The notes: generated by a model from the letters alone, not told the origin. Counted from the first letter of the stretch, positions 1-19,334 are shown. The stretch: DNA of 64,000 nucleotides from Eledone cirrhosa (GCA_964016885.1 OZ024743.1:120962001-121026000); one strand, 5' to 3'. Numbers and translations are program-made.

Positions 1-144
1 TGGAACGCTTCAAAAGGCATGCTTGCTGGGAACAGCAAGAACCCTCCAATACGTCCTGAATATCTGAGGCTGCAGGTAGTGGCTTGATATTCATTTCAAC
101 AAACTTTCCAGTTAACTAACATCAATGACTGAGACTCAAAGAAC

Positions 145-176
<32 letters not shown>
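1..176 (+). mobile_element. 3' end of an R4/Dong-type (RT-RLE) non-LTR retrotransposon with short 3' UTR and (TAA)n tail
   Basis: Nt 2-67 translate GTLQKACLLGTARTLQYVLNI*, the typical 'QKA.LLGTA.IL' C-terminus of R4/Dong ORFs. A (TAA)n tract follows at ~145-176. Confidence 0.8.
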
Positions 177-178
<2 letters not shown>

Positions 179-179
179 C

Positions 180-2047
180 GAGGCTCATATGGCTGTAAGG
201 ATCAGCTTTTGGTTAATAAAATGATACTGGAAGATTGTCATAATTGACACAAAATTCTATCAATTGCTTGGATAAATTATAAAAAAGCATTCGATAGTTT
301 GCCACACAGTTGGATTGAAAAATGTTTAGAGATTTTCAAAATATCTCCCGTTGTCAGGAGGTTCCTGTCATTCAGTATGAAGACATGGAAAACGACACTC
401 CTTTTGAATAGTGATAAACAATCCCTGGAAGCTGGAGAAGTTAATATTAATTGTGGAATTTTTCAGGGTGACTCTTTATCACCGCTTTTATTCTGCATCG
501 CACTTATACCATTAAGTAAAATGCTCAATGAAACAAAACATGGATATAAAGACTATGACAAAACCATTAATCACTTGTTCTACATGGATGACCTGAAACT
601 ATTTGCAAAAAAATGATGAACAATTGCAAGGGCTATTATCCACTGTGGAGCAATTCAGTGATGATATTAAAATGGAGTTTGGACTAGATAAATGCGCCAA
701 AGCAACGTTCACCAGAGGAAAGCTGCTGAAAAGTTCAGACATTAATCTTGATCGGGGGAATGTGATAAGAGAACTTGATCAAGAGGAAACTTACAAATAT
801 CTAGGTGTTTGTGAAGGAGACGGAATCAAGCACTCGACAATGAGGGAAAGGATAAGGAAGGAATGTTACCGCAGAGTAAGAGCAATCTTAAGAACGGTAT
901 TGAATGCAAGGAATAGGATCGATGCCATAAACACGCTTGCCATACCAGTAGTAACCTACAGTTCCAATCTCATCAACTAGTCAAGCACAGAGATCCATAG
1001 GCTCGATACACAAATTAGAAAATGTTTAACCATGCACAGTATGCATCACCCTAAGGCAGATACAGATATAATATATCTCCCTAGGAAAGAAGGAGGACGT
1101 GGGTTAATCCTGTTAGATATTGCGTTGAAAACTACAACAATTGGATTATCTACATATCTAAGGGAATCACATGATTGGATGATCAAAGTCGTTTTGAAAC
1201 ATGAAAGCATCAAAAGATTATACTCCATTACAAAGATACAATAATGGACTACAAATTTCAGAAGTCCCATTTACTGCTGAAATGAAAAACACAGAAAAAG
1301 CAAAGCAGGTAAAAGTAACTGCAAAGAAAGAACTGCTACAGAAACTGACTAAGAAATGGCAAGAAAAGCCTCTGTATGGAAAATACCCAGAAAGAGCTAA
1401 CAATCCTGATGTTGACAAAACTTTAACCCATCAGTGGTTGGCATCCTCTGGACTGAAATCGGAGACTGAAGGACTGATTATATCAGCACAAGATCAGTGT
1501 CTGCCAACAAAAAATTACCAAGCCAACATAATAAAAAATGGATGCAACCCATTATGCCGTGTATGTAAAAAACAACCAGAGACCATTGATCATATAATTT
1601 CAATGTGCAGTCCTATAGCTCCAACCGAATACCTAAACAGGCATGACAGAGCTGCACAATACATACATTGGATAATGTGTAAGCAATTTGACCTGCCCCA
1701 TCAAAAGAATTGGTGGAAGCATCAACCACCTCTCAATCTTGTGGAACTTTAGCATCCAAACAGACCGAAAAATAGATGCAAATAGACCTGATATAATACT
1801 GAAGGACTTTAAAAAGAGGGTATGCCTGCTAATTGATATGTCCGTTCCAATAGGCAAGAATGTATCTATAAAAACTTTTGAAAAATTGAGCAAGTATAAG
1901 GACCCATGTGTGTGTATGTATGTTCATTCTTGAACATGGCGGACCTTTTAGTCTCTTGAGGTCACTGGTTGTGACTTGGTGATAACTCGTATGAACATAA
2001 AGCAAGATAAATGCAACTGTAATAATAATAATAATAATAATAATAAT
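180..2047 (+). mobile_element. 5'-truncated, frameshifted R4/Dong-type LINE (RT + CCHC + restriction-like endonuclease)
   Basis: ORF pieces carry GIFQGDSLSPLLF, YMDDLKLF, YKYLG, LYLPR..GGRGL-like, CRVC..ETIDHIISMC, RHD, NRPDI..IDMSVP and KLSKY. It ends in (TAA)n at ~2020-2047. Confidence 0.92.
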
Positions 2048-2313
2048 TGTTTCTACTTTTGGCACAAGGCCAGCAATTACCCAGTGTATTACTGGTACTT
2101 TATTTTATCGACTCCGTAAGGATGAAAGGCAAAGTAAACCTCGGCGGGATATAATAGTAATAATAATAATAATAATTATAATAATAATTGTTTCTACTTT
2201 ATGTACGTGGCCAGCAATTTGGGGTGAGGGGAAGTCGATTAAATTGATCCCAGTGCATTACTGGTGCATTATTTTATCGACCTCGTAAGGATGAAAGGCA
2301 AAGCTAACCTCGT
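2048..2313 (-). mobile_element. Two 5'-truncated copies of the dominant tRNA-derived SINE (2048-2150, 2189-2313)
   Basis: Reverse complement matches the fuller copies at 38234-38391 and 63746-63946 (core tttgcctttcatccttacgg.gtcgataaaataaagtaccag; tail ccttgtgccaaaagtagaaacaattatt). Confidence 0.85.
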
Positions 2314-2699
2314 CTAACGTAAAGGGTCACAATTCTATGCTGCAAAATAAGGACATCAATAACGAAGCTCCCACAAGATTTGAAATACACCGGAACCCAT
2401 CGACGAAACAGTAGTAAAGATGGTTAGAAAACAAAGAACATTTTAGACAAGAGCCAACGACCCTACCAAAATATATTTTTTTCTGTGCTATAAATGTCTT
2501 TGTTAACACGTACGAAAAACACGTTGAAAAGCAGCCAACAGATATAAACAAGAAACGAAAAAAGAAAAATATCAAACTTAAAAAAGAATAGCGATGCATG
2601 TAAATATAATCAAATTTATCGATATGAATGGAAGTGCTTACATAAAAAAATAGACACAGATGTATACAAAATAACCCCATAGATATACGGATGTCAGTG

Positions 2700-4530
2700 T
2701 TCCCCATCTATAGATACACTAATATGAATAAAGTAGCACCAACAATAAAAAGATTTATCAAGCATGAGTAAGTGGAATGCAATCCTGCACACGCAAACGA
2801 AGGATGAAACTATAAAAACTGAGCCTATCCCAATCAACAGGTGAATATTTCAAGGGGGCTCCCTGTCACAACTGCTTTTTCTGCTTAGCAATAACACCAT
2901 TATCGGAGACACTAAACAGAACTGTATTAGGGCATAAAAGCTACAACAAGAAACTTATATTGATGTTCTAAAGCTGTATGCTGCAAACGGAGACAACTCA
3001 AAACACTGCTACAGACAGTACATGTATTGACTAAGGAAATAAGCACGAAATGTGGACTAGAAAAATGCGCCAATGCAACTCTGAAGAGAGAAAAGCAAAC
3101 CAAAGACACTAATATCATACTAGATAAAGAAGCTGAGATCAGAGAATTAGATGAAACAAATACAAATACTTAGGATTCAATGAATTAGACAGGGTTCAAC
3201 GCGCATAGATGAAAGAAAAGATTAGAATTGAATACTACAGATGGATTAGATTACTACTTAAACTGAACTAAATGCAAAGAATACGATGATTTGTATCAAT
3301 ACTTAAGCGTTCCCAATAATAAGCTGCAGTATTAGTATTCCGAACATGCTACTAAAAAAACTAGCTAGATAGACAGAAAAACAAGAATGATAATGACTGC
3401 ATTTAGAATACACCACCCACAATCATATGTAGACAGATTACACCCATCACGAACACAAGGAGGAAGAGGATTTATGCAAATAGAAAACTGTTGTAAAGTA
3501 ACTACTATATATAATGAAGAACCAACGAATGTTAACAAAAGTAGTGACGAATCTCGAACAAAACAAAATAATTGTTCTCACTCGTCAACGAAGCCAACAT
3601 ATCCAAACCACAAACCGGAATAAAAGATAATTTTAAGGAAAATGAGAACAAAGAAAAAGCAACTGAAATTATGAAAGACATAACATTTAAATAGAAAACA
3701 GACCTCCAGAATGAAATATTAAAATGATGGGAAGAAAAACCTTTACATGGCTAATACCCATAAAAGCTGAATAGAGAAGATGTAGACAAGTACAACTTAC
3801 AAAACTGGCTGAGAAGCTCTGGAGTAAAAGCCGAAACAGAAGGATTTATAATTGCAGCACAAGATCAAAGCCTTTATATCACCAGAAATCACCAGAAGTG
3901 CATAATGAAGCAGAACAGTAAATAATTGAAGAATATATAGGGGTGGGGATGAAACAATTAACCACATAATCTGTGGCTGCCTAATCATAGCCAAAAAGAA
4001 ATAGAGTTGAGATTTACACTGGAGGTTATGCCAACATTAAGAAACACCAACAGGAAAAATATGGTATAAACACACACAAGAGGTGTCAGAGAATGACAAA
4101 ACAACCATTCTCTGGGATATTCCACTCAGACACGAAGATCAAAGTCAACCGACCGGATATTATATTTATAGACCACAAGGGGAAGAAATGTCTACAGACG
4201 ACAATATATCTACCAACGAAATGGAGAAACTATTCAAATATAAAGATCTGAAGATAGAAATCGCCTGAATGTGGATGATTAAAAGAGAAACAATATCTAT
4301 AATAATAGGTGCCATGAGAATGGCAGAAAAAGAACAGACAGATACATAACCAAAACCCCAGAACATACAAATATATGCATGATACGAATCTTAGCATTAC
4401 TAGGCACTACAAACATATTACGAAGTGTACTCTCAATGCAATAGAAACAGAACCATCAAAAGCCACATTGCACATATCCAAGGCACACAGAACTGCGCTC
4501 GGTAATGCAGTGGCGATGAGCAGCAAAGAT
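2700..4530 (+). mobile_element. Heavily decayed second R4/Dong-type LINE
   Basis: Remnants include IFQGGSLSQLLF (~2847), CGLEKCA, HHPQSYVDRL..GGRG, SSGVKAETEGFIIAAQDQ, ETINHIICGC, TILWDIP, KLFKYKDLKIEI and LALLGTTNILRSVL. Many stops and frameshifts. Confidence 0.85.
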
Positions 4531-4542
4531 AACACTAATTAT

Positions 4543-4641
4543 TGTTTCTACTTTAGGCACAAGGCCAGCAATTATCCAGTGCATTACTGGTACTTTATTT
4601 TATCGACCCCATAAGGATGAAAGGCAAAGTCAACCTCGGCT
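4543..4641 (-). mobile_element. Truncated SINE copy
   Basis: Same core and tail as the other SINE copies. Confidence 0.8.
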
Positions 4642-4699
4642 GAAATAATAATAATAATAGAACTGATTGTAAATTCATAGACCAACACAATGAAACAGC

Positions 4700-5236
4700 G
4701 ATCAGACCAAGAAAAAAAAAAAAAACCATTAGAAGAGATCAACCAATGAAAAATACGCCACCAGCAAACTGAAGTGATTGACCACATGATCTCCGACTAC
4801 CCACTAATCGACAACTTTGAATACATACACATACACGATCAAGTTACAGTATGTCAACACTTCGATGTGACAACGGACAAGAAGTGGTATAGGCATAGCA
4901 CCAATCTCCATACATAACAAGAACTTCACCTTAATACTCCAGGATATGCCCATCCAAACTACAAGAAACTCCCTGCATTGTAATCGCAATACATTCTGAG
5001 CAACATATTGCTGAAAAGATATCGAAATGCTGACAAAATACAAGGGACTTCAAACTGAAATATACAAGATGTGCAACATGAAGATAGACAGTGCCAATGA
5101 TAACAGTGGGCACTAAAAACGATAAACGAAAGAACAAAAACATAGAAACCATATCAAGACTCACGCTATTCACTGTACAATAATTAGCTCTGATAGGGAC
5201 AGTCTTCATTCCGCACAAGGCATTATTGACTGAATA
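4700..5236 (+). mobile_element. Very decayed R4/Dong 3' fragment (CCHC-RLE region)
   Basis: EVIDHMIS, KWYRH, KYK.L.LEI-like and LALIGTV remnants; begins just after (TAA)n at ~4645-4659. Confidence 0.6.
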
Positions 5237-5488
5237 GAAAGGCTTAAATAGAACAATCAATACACACGACACACATTTTATTCAATAAGCAACTAATTAA
5301 ATAAAATAACATATAGCTTACAACATATAATTCATATAACTTACAAGATTAATACACAATAAAATAACTCACATTACACATACCATACACAAAAATACAA
5401 ATACTAAACTAACACAAGAAGCAACAGACTAAATCCCGTAAAAACAATATAATTAATGCATTCCACTGGATTACAACCGCCACAAAAT

Positions 5489-7789
5489 CAAGAACACACA
5501 ACGCTACAGTGGTTGATGCAGTAGAAACTCGCATGAAACTCTCGAAACAAGAATACACAACGCTACAGTGGTTGATGCAGTAGAAACTCGCATGAAACTC
5601 TCGAAACAAGAATACACAACGCTACAATGGTTGATGCAGTAGAAACTCGCATGAAACTCTCGAAACAAGAATACACAACGCTGCAATAGTTGATGCAGTA
5701 GAAACTCGCATGAAACTCTCGAAACAAGAATACACAACGCTACAATGGTTGATGCAGTAGAAACTCGCATGAAACTCTCGAAACAAGAATACACAACGCT
5801 GCAATAGTTGATGCAGTAGAAACTCGCATGAAACTCTCGAAACAAGAACACACAACGCTACAGTGGTTGATGCAGTAGAAACTCGCATGAAACTCTCGAA
5901 ACAAGAATACACAACGCTACAGTGGTTGATGCAGTAGAAACTCGCATGAAACTCTCGAAACAAGAATACACAACGCTACAGTGGTTGATGCAGTAGAAAC
6001 TCGCATGAAACTCTCGAAACAAGAATACACAACGCTACAGTGGTTGATGCAGTAGAAACTCGCATGAAACTCTCGAAACAAGAATACACAACGCTACAGT
6101 GGTTGATGCAGTAGAAACTCGCATGAAACTCTCGAAACAAGAATACACAACGCTACAGTGGTTGATGCAGTAGAAACTCGCATGAAACTCTCGAAACAAG
6201 AATACACAACGCTACAGTGGTTGATGCAGTAGAAACTCGCATGAAACTCTCGAAACAAGAATACACAACGCTACAGTGGTTGATGCAGTAGAAACTCGCA
6301 TGAAACTCTCGAAACAAGAACACACAACGCTACAGTGGTTGATGCAGTAGAAACTCGCATGAAACTCTCGAAACAAGAATACACAACGCTACAGTGGTTG
6401 ATGCAGTAGAAACTCGCATGAAACTCTCGAAACAAGAATACACAACGCTACAGTGGTTGATGCAGTAGAAACTCGCATGAAACTCTCGAAACAAGAATAC
6501 ACAACGCTACAGTGGTTGATGCAGTAGAAACTCGCATGAAACTCTCGAAACAAGAATACACAACGCTACAGTGGTTGATGCAGTAGAAACTCGCATGAAA
6601 CTCTCGAAACAAGAATACACAACGCTACAGTGGTTGATGCAGTAGAAACTCGCATGAAACTCTCGAAACAAGAATACACAACGCTGCAATAGTTGATGCA
6701 GTAGAAACTCGCATGAAACTCTCGAAACAAGAATACACAACGCTGCAATAGTTGATGCAGTAGAAACTCGCATGAAACTCTCGAAACAAGAATACACAAC
6801 GCTGCAATAGTTGATGCAGTAGAAACTCGCATGAAACTCTCGAAACAAGAATACACAACGCTGCAATAGTTGATGCAGTAGAAACTCGCATGAAACTCTC
6901 GAAACAAGAATACACAACGCTGCAATAGTTGATGCAGTAGAAACTCGCATGAAACTCTCGAAACAAGAATACACAACGCTACAATGGTTGATGCAGTAGA
7001 AACTCGCATGAAACTCTCGAAACGAGAACACACAACGCTGCAATGGTTGATGCAGTAGAAACTCGCATGAAACTCTCGAAACAAGAATACACAACGCTAC
7101 AATGGTTGATGCAGTAGAAACTCGCATGAAACTCTCGAAACAAGAATACACAACGCTGCAATAGTTGATGCAGTAGAAACTCGCATGAAACTCTCGAAAC
7201 AAGAATACACAACGCTGCAATAGTTGATGCAGTAGAAACTCGCATGAAACTCTCGAAACAAGAATACACAACGCTGCAATAGTTGATGCAGTAGAAACTC
7301 GCATGAAATTCTCGAAACAAGAACACACAACGCTGCAATAGTTGATGCAGTAGAAACTCGCATGAAACTCTCGAAACAAGAACACACAACGCTGCAATAG
7401 TTGATGCAGTAGAAACTCGCATGAAACTCTCGAAACAAGAACACACAACGCTGCAATAGTTGATGCAGTAGAAACTCGCATGAAACTCTCGAAACAAGAA
7501 CACACAACGCTGCAATAGTTGATGCAGTAGAAACTCGCATGAAACTCTCGAAACAAGAACACACAACGCTGCAATAGTTGATGCAGTAGAAACTCGCATG
7601 AAACTCTCGAAACAAGAACACACGACGCTGCAATAGTTGATGCAGTAGAAACTCGCATGAAACTCTCGAAACAAGAACACACGACGCTGCAATAGTTGAT
7701 GCAGTAGAAACTCGCATGAAACTCTCGAAACAAGAACACACGACGCTGCAATAGTTGATGCAGTAGAAACTCGCATGAAACTCTCGAAA
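5489..7789. repeat. 59-bp tandem minisatellite, 39 copies
   Basis: Unit CAAGAATACACAACGCTACAGTGGTTGATGCAGTAGAAACTCGCATGAAACTCTCGAAA; 2301 bp / 59 = 39. No spacers and no length variation. Confidence 0.98.
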
Positions 7790-7819
7790 GAAGACGGTTA
7801 TAGTCTATTAAATGGCTCT

Positions 7820-8125
7820 ATATTTTTTCGGACCTGTGACGGATGGTGAAAGTCAAAGTTGACCAAAGTAAGATTAGAACTTAGAATGTAAAGAGCTGGG
7901 GCAAATATCACAAAACATTTTGTCACCCATTCTACAATTAGGTTTCTCTATTAGTCCAATGCCAGCAATATGTAGGAAGGAAGTAAATCAAGCGGAAGTC
8001 TTAAAGAATGCTACTTTCATCGACCTCCGAAGAACCATAGGCAAAGTTGACTTTGGGGACTTTTGATTGTAACAAGGCGGAATAAATAACACAATGCATT
8101 ATGCCCGACACTTTAACAATTCTCC
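7820..8125 (-). mobile_element. Two old, diverged SINE remnants
   Basis: Degenerate core motifs 'gaaagtcaaagttgacc' and 'atcgacctccga..ggcaaagttgact'. Confidence 0.55.
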
Positions 8126-8725
8126 TAAATAATATTATATTCTCATTTTTTTAGCCAATAAGAAAAAAAAACTGTAGGTGAGAATCCAGCAGTTACGTTA
8201 GGCCACAGCATCCGTCAACTTTTTCATCCTACCTCATTTTCAAATTGTTACGTGCGAAGCTTCCTGTGAGCTTTTCTGATGTCAGCCTAGGCAAGAAATC
8301 TCTCGCATCCTTCCGCTGTGGTCACTATCAGAATGTAGTAGTGTATAAAGTTTGAGTTCCATCTGTGCACCCCAGACGATGAACCACCTGTATTTTACGA
8401 TATTCAGTATTCTTGAGTTTGCATGGTATACCTGGAAAAGTAGATATATTTGTGTTACATATTGTCACTCGGCAAATCTAATCAATCAGTAATAACTTCT
8501 AGGTGTAATTGGGGGATCATAATTTTAGATAATACTGATTTGAAAGGAAATGTTGAAGATTTAATTATATATTTTCGATACAAATTTTAATTGTATCGGC
8601 ATTATGGGATTGATTTTCATTTTTTGATAGAAAAAAGGCTAGATATGAGCATTGTAAAGTACTACATAAGAAAAGTATTACATTGTAAAGTACTACACAG
8701 CTTATCAAATTTTTTCTTTTTTCAG

Positions 8726-9187
8726 GTTATGATTGACGGAATAGCGCGTGTACTTTTCCTCCGAGACCAAGTGATGGACAAGAATCATAAAGAACAATCG
8801 AAAATGCGGAATTGGAATGTTAAGGTGACTGGCGAAAACAATAAGAAATTTCCTGCAGCCGATGTGAAATTTGCGAAGGTGCGATTACTTGAAAATAAAG
8901 ACGAAAAAATGTCTGCTTCATCGGATACACTTGAACCCTCGGTTCCTGATACGGTCATTGAACAACATGATGATAGACAGTCTCTGATGCGCTCTGCCAT
9001 ACTCGAAGAAGTCAAAGCTATCCGTGAAATGTTGGATAAAGTCCAAGAGAAAAAAATGAAATTGGAAGAACGTGAAAAATTGGTGCGGGAATGGCGAGTG
9101 ATAGCTTGCGTTACAGATAGACTGTTTTTTATCGTGTACGTATTGGTCAACGTTATTGGGGTTCTGGTGATATTTGTTAGAAAATAA
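8726..9187 (+). CDS. Terminal coding exon of a Cys-loop ligand-gated ion channel subunit (nicotinic acetylcholine receptor-like): MX helix, M3-M4 loop, MA helix, M4
   Basis: Strong acceptor tttttctttttttcag|GTT (AG at 8724-8725), phase 0, then 153 codons to [15 protein letters not shown] is MX-like, [10 protein letters not shown] is MA-like, and [29 protein letters not shown] matches the 'EW..VA.V.DR.F' M4 signature of nAChR/5-HT3-type subunits. Confidence 0.88.
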   Translation, partial: VMIDGIARVLFLRDQVMDKNHKEQSKMRNWNVKVTGENNKKFPAADVKFAKVRLLENKDEKMSASSDTLEPSVPDTVIEQHDDRQSLMRSAILEEVKAIREMLDKVQEKKMKLEEREKLVREWRVIACVTDRLFFIVYVLVNVIGVLVIFVRK

Positions 9188-9329
9188 GAAACATGCTTCC
9201 ATTTAGCATGGATTAACATGAGGTTTCCGTACAGCAATCTTCTTCTTGTCCTCTTCCAACACCTTCTTTGCCTAAAATTCTCAATGCAATATATATTCAT
9301 ATAATATATATAATATATTATTATAATTA

Positions 9330-15150
<5,821 letters not shown>

Positions 15151-18100
15151 TATATGGATGGATCTACATATGTACATGCTCGCGCGTGCAAACACTTAAA
15201 CACACATTGATACACATTTGAAACATTCATATCCCCAAGTTCAACTTTGTTGCAAGTTTTTCAAATTTTCAAAGGGATTAAGAAGTGATAACCTATGCAA
15301 GACAATAAATAGTTTCTACCCTTTGTTATCTGACCCTTACACTCTTGATTTTTTTCAGCAGTACCATTAGACAGCGAATACCTTTAATACATATCTGAAA
15401 CATGTAAATTCTAAAAGATTTCTCATTAGATTTGTACGCCTTTTGGCAATCCTTACTTGTAGATTTTGAGTTGGCAAAACAAAATATATAAATCAGTTAT
15501 AATAATAGTTATAATAACGCAGAAATGCTTTGAAACAATTATCTCGTAAATTATGTTATCTAGGCATATTCCTTCACACTAGCAATACATATTATACAAT
15601 ATTCCACTTAGAAATGAAATAGATTTAGATTAAATTAAAATAACCCAATGCATTTCTGTCACGCAGTGGGTCCACTTCTTTGTTTTGTGTCTTAATTAAT
15701 TATTTATTTCAAACAATAATTTTACTGTAATCTATATTGATGTTTAACTCCATAATACATATACACTTAATAACAATAGAGATACATATAATACCAATGA
15801 AATATTACATTAAAGATTTATGCTGTAATAATTGGTTAACTGGATAATGGTAAATTAGTTAAACATCCCTCTTTTAGTTAGAAGGAAATGCACAATTCAT
15901 AATAATTTCAGTATGCCAATAGCCTGTAATTAAATCTCTAACTGCAAACTAAACAAACCATTGTTTTCTTCCTATTTTGTTCTATATTAATAGTTAATGA
16001 TAAATATACCTGGTTTTTCACACAAATATACAAATAAATCTCCGTTATATGGCAATAATAGTTTTAATAACCCTTTATAGCTTTCAGCCAGATACTGGAT
16101 TACATATATATATATTAGATATGGTTTTATAAATGTAGTTTCCATTTGTTAATATCGTATATATATATATATATATATATCTGTGTGCGTGTGTGTGGTT
16201 GTGTGTGTGTGTGTATTTAGGTATGCATATATATATATATATATATAATGTGTGTTTGTGCGCGCGCATATATGGCTGCGTGCGTCTGTCCTTTCGTCAA
16301 GTTGTTTTTGTATAGTGTTATAATTTGTTATTTGCACTCAGTGTAACGCATTAATATTCAAGAGATCATGCCGAATAAAGTTCACGCCAAGTCAAATTGT
16401 ATTCGTGGTAGCATTCTGATTGGTGGAATAGTGTGCTACGCTGTTTTAATGAAATTTAATTTGATATGTATCAGCTTTGACTTATTGCAATAGTAGTGCG
16501 TTATGTCAAGCAAAAATAAATTAATTGGCATTTTTACTATTTATTTAGGATTCATTGGGTTTCCTGAAAGCTTTACTTTGTTAACTAATAATTGAAAACA
16601 TAATAATTTTTTACTGGAATTGAGTAATATTTCATTGCAGTCAATTCGTTTTGAGTATATTGTATATCTAAAGTCTTCCATTTATTTGAGAAAGGCAGCT
16701 ACGTTTTTTAATCCTGCATGTACATATGTAGTTATAAGCATTTTAACCTAGTGATTTAAAATTAAGGTTTGTTAATGTTATGATTTCCTTTATAAGAGGT
16801 AATATGTAGATATGTACACAAGCATTTAAACCAAAACAGTACATTTAATTACCTAATTACATATTTTACATTTTCTGTTTTCCAAATATTTACTTTAATG
16901 AAACATTTTAAAATTTCAATTTCAATAATGAGGGCATTACATCATATTTAATATTTGACAAACTATCCATAATCTGCACAGCCATACAAAATTATATTTT
17001 ATAAGGGTTAAAATATTAGTATATATTTATTATATTTGATTTGAATTTATGTGATCGTTTTCTATAGAAACTACTACGTAAAAGCTCAAGTATAGCCAGG
17101 ACAGGTACAGAACAGATAGGGTATATGAAAAAAGATGTTTTCATTATTAGAAACACATGAAGGTTCCAAACAATAATCTCTAAATAAATAAAACTGTGTA
17201 TGCATGGAAGCAATTATTTTGGGTCTCTGTCTTGTTCTATCTCTCTTGCATTACATATATGTGTATTATGTGTGTGTGTTATTATGTGTCTGTGCACTCC
17301 AGCCTAGATTTTTTTACACTAACATATTTTCTTTAAGGTATAATCAAATATTGTTATCTTTTCCTTAATTTCTCACATTTTCACAATTTCTGGTCAACTG
17401 GTGTCTTCAAAATTATGACATCAGAACTGTGTACAATAACCTTTTTTAATCTAATGGATTTGAACGCACTGGATGGATGTATCTGCTCTGCATATTTTTG
17501 ATTCAACCAATCAGTTTGCTACCACGAATACCCTTGGATCACTTGAGATCTAGACGGCATTGACTCATGGATCATCAATGTACTTAGTAGATAACTATAA
17601 TAAACAAACTTTCCATCAGTGCAAGAACGTTTTTTAAGATGCAAACAGATGTTCATGCATCGTTTTTATATGAAAATAAAAAATGTAAAATATTATGTAT
17701 GATTTTATGTTTGTCTAAATCTCACAGTTGGATAAAACTTTTAATAATAATGAAAAAAATGTGACGTATGAAAATAAAAAGAGAGAATATTTCTGAAAAG
17801 TTTTTAATGAGAAAGTGGTTTTGAAAACAGAACAAAATATGAGTGAAGGGTCATTGTTAAGTAACTGTTCTGGTAAGTGAGTGACTCTTTTCTTATTCTT
17901 TTTCTAAAAGAAATTTTTAAAAAATTCAAAAAGCTATAGAGAAACCTAAGCTCAGTGTGAAGTTACTAATGCTTACTTGCCATAATGCCGCTTTAGTAAA
18001 CACTAAGCATGACCAGCACTGAAAATGTATTATTGCTATATCAACGAGTTATTTCATCATATTGACTAAACATATAAAGGTCAGATAAAAGTCGTCTGGT

Positions 18101-18234
18101 TTTCAAGATAGATTGTGAAATTTCAATCTAGTTTCTTATTTTAGGCGATTCAGAACTTTAAGTTTAAATATAGAATAATAGTGTTTGATCTTGTGATAGA
18201 TATTTACTTTTGAAATGGAATATTGTATGGCTGC

Positions 18235-18244
18235 ATATATATGT

Positions 18245-18276
<32 letters not shown>

Positions 18277-18277
18277 G

Positions 18278-18322
<45 letters not shown>

Positions 18323-18429
18323 GTATATATGTATATATGTATATGTATATATATATATGTATATATGTATATGTATATATATATATGTATATATGTATAT
18401 GTATATATATATATGTATATATATATATG

Positions 18430-18460
<31 letters not shown>

Positions 18461-18485
18461 GTATATATATGTATATATATATATG

Positions 18486-18583
<98 letters not shown>

Positions 18584-19300
18584 TATGTATATGTATATAT
18601 ATGTATATGTATATATATATATGTGTATATATATATATGTATATATAAGTATATATATGTATATATATATATATATATATGAATGTATATATATATATAT
18701 ACATACATACATACATACATATGAATGCGTATATATATATATACGTATGCATATATATATGAATTCCTATTATATGTTTATATATGTGTATATATAAGTA
18801 GATATATATGTATGTGTGTATGTTTATATATATGTATATATGGATATATATATATGTATATGGATATATATATGTATAAATATATATTCATGCTTGTATC
18901 TATATGAATGTATGTATGTATATATATATATGTATATGAATGTATGTATGTTATATATGGATGTATAAATATATATTCATGCGTGTATGTATATAAATGT
19001 ATGTATGTATAAATATGCATATATAACTATATATATACATGTATATTTGTGTGTGCGTGTATAGATATGCATGTATAAATTATATATATATATATATATA
19101 TAAAATCGGGTGTGTATGTGTGTATGCATGTGCGCTTGGGTGAGGAAAAACATTCATTTAATAATACCACTTTATATACACGGTGCATTACATCTTTATA
19201 GTTTACCAACCACTTACTCGATTTATAACATTATCTTTCTCTTGCATGAACATATCGAAAACGTGTCAATGTTAGTAAAACACACATATACACACACGCT

Positions 19301-19334
<34 letters not shown>

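Noticed and set aside
5489-7789. CRISPR array, or protein-coding ORFs up to 414 aa on the minus strand
   Set aside because: Contiguous near-identical 59-bp units with no unique spacers and no cas genes, in a eukaryotic context. The ORFs are a by-product of stop-poor units repeating every 177 nt.
8200-8325. GGCCACAGC...GCTGTGGTC inverted repeat resembling the start of an HDV/CPEB3 ribozyme
   Set aside because: I could not build the nested double pseudoknot; a 9-bp match is compatible with chance.
8591-8725. N-terminal 45 aa of the 198-aa ORF
   Set aside because: Lies upstream of a strong splice acceptor, has no homology and begins at a non-ATG codon; treated as intron.
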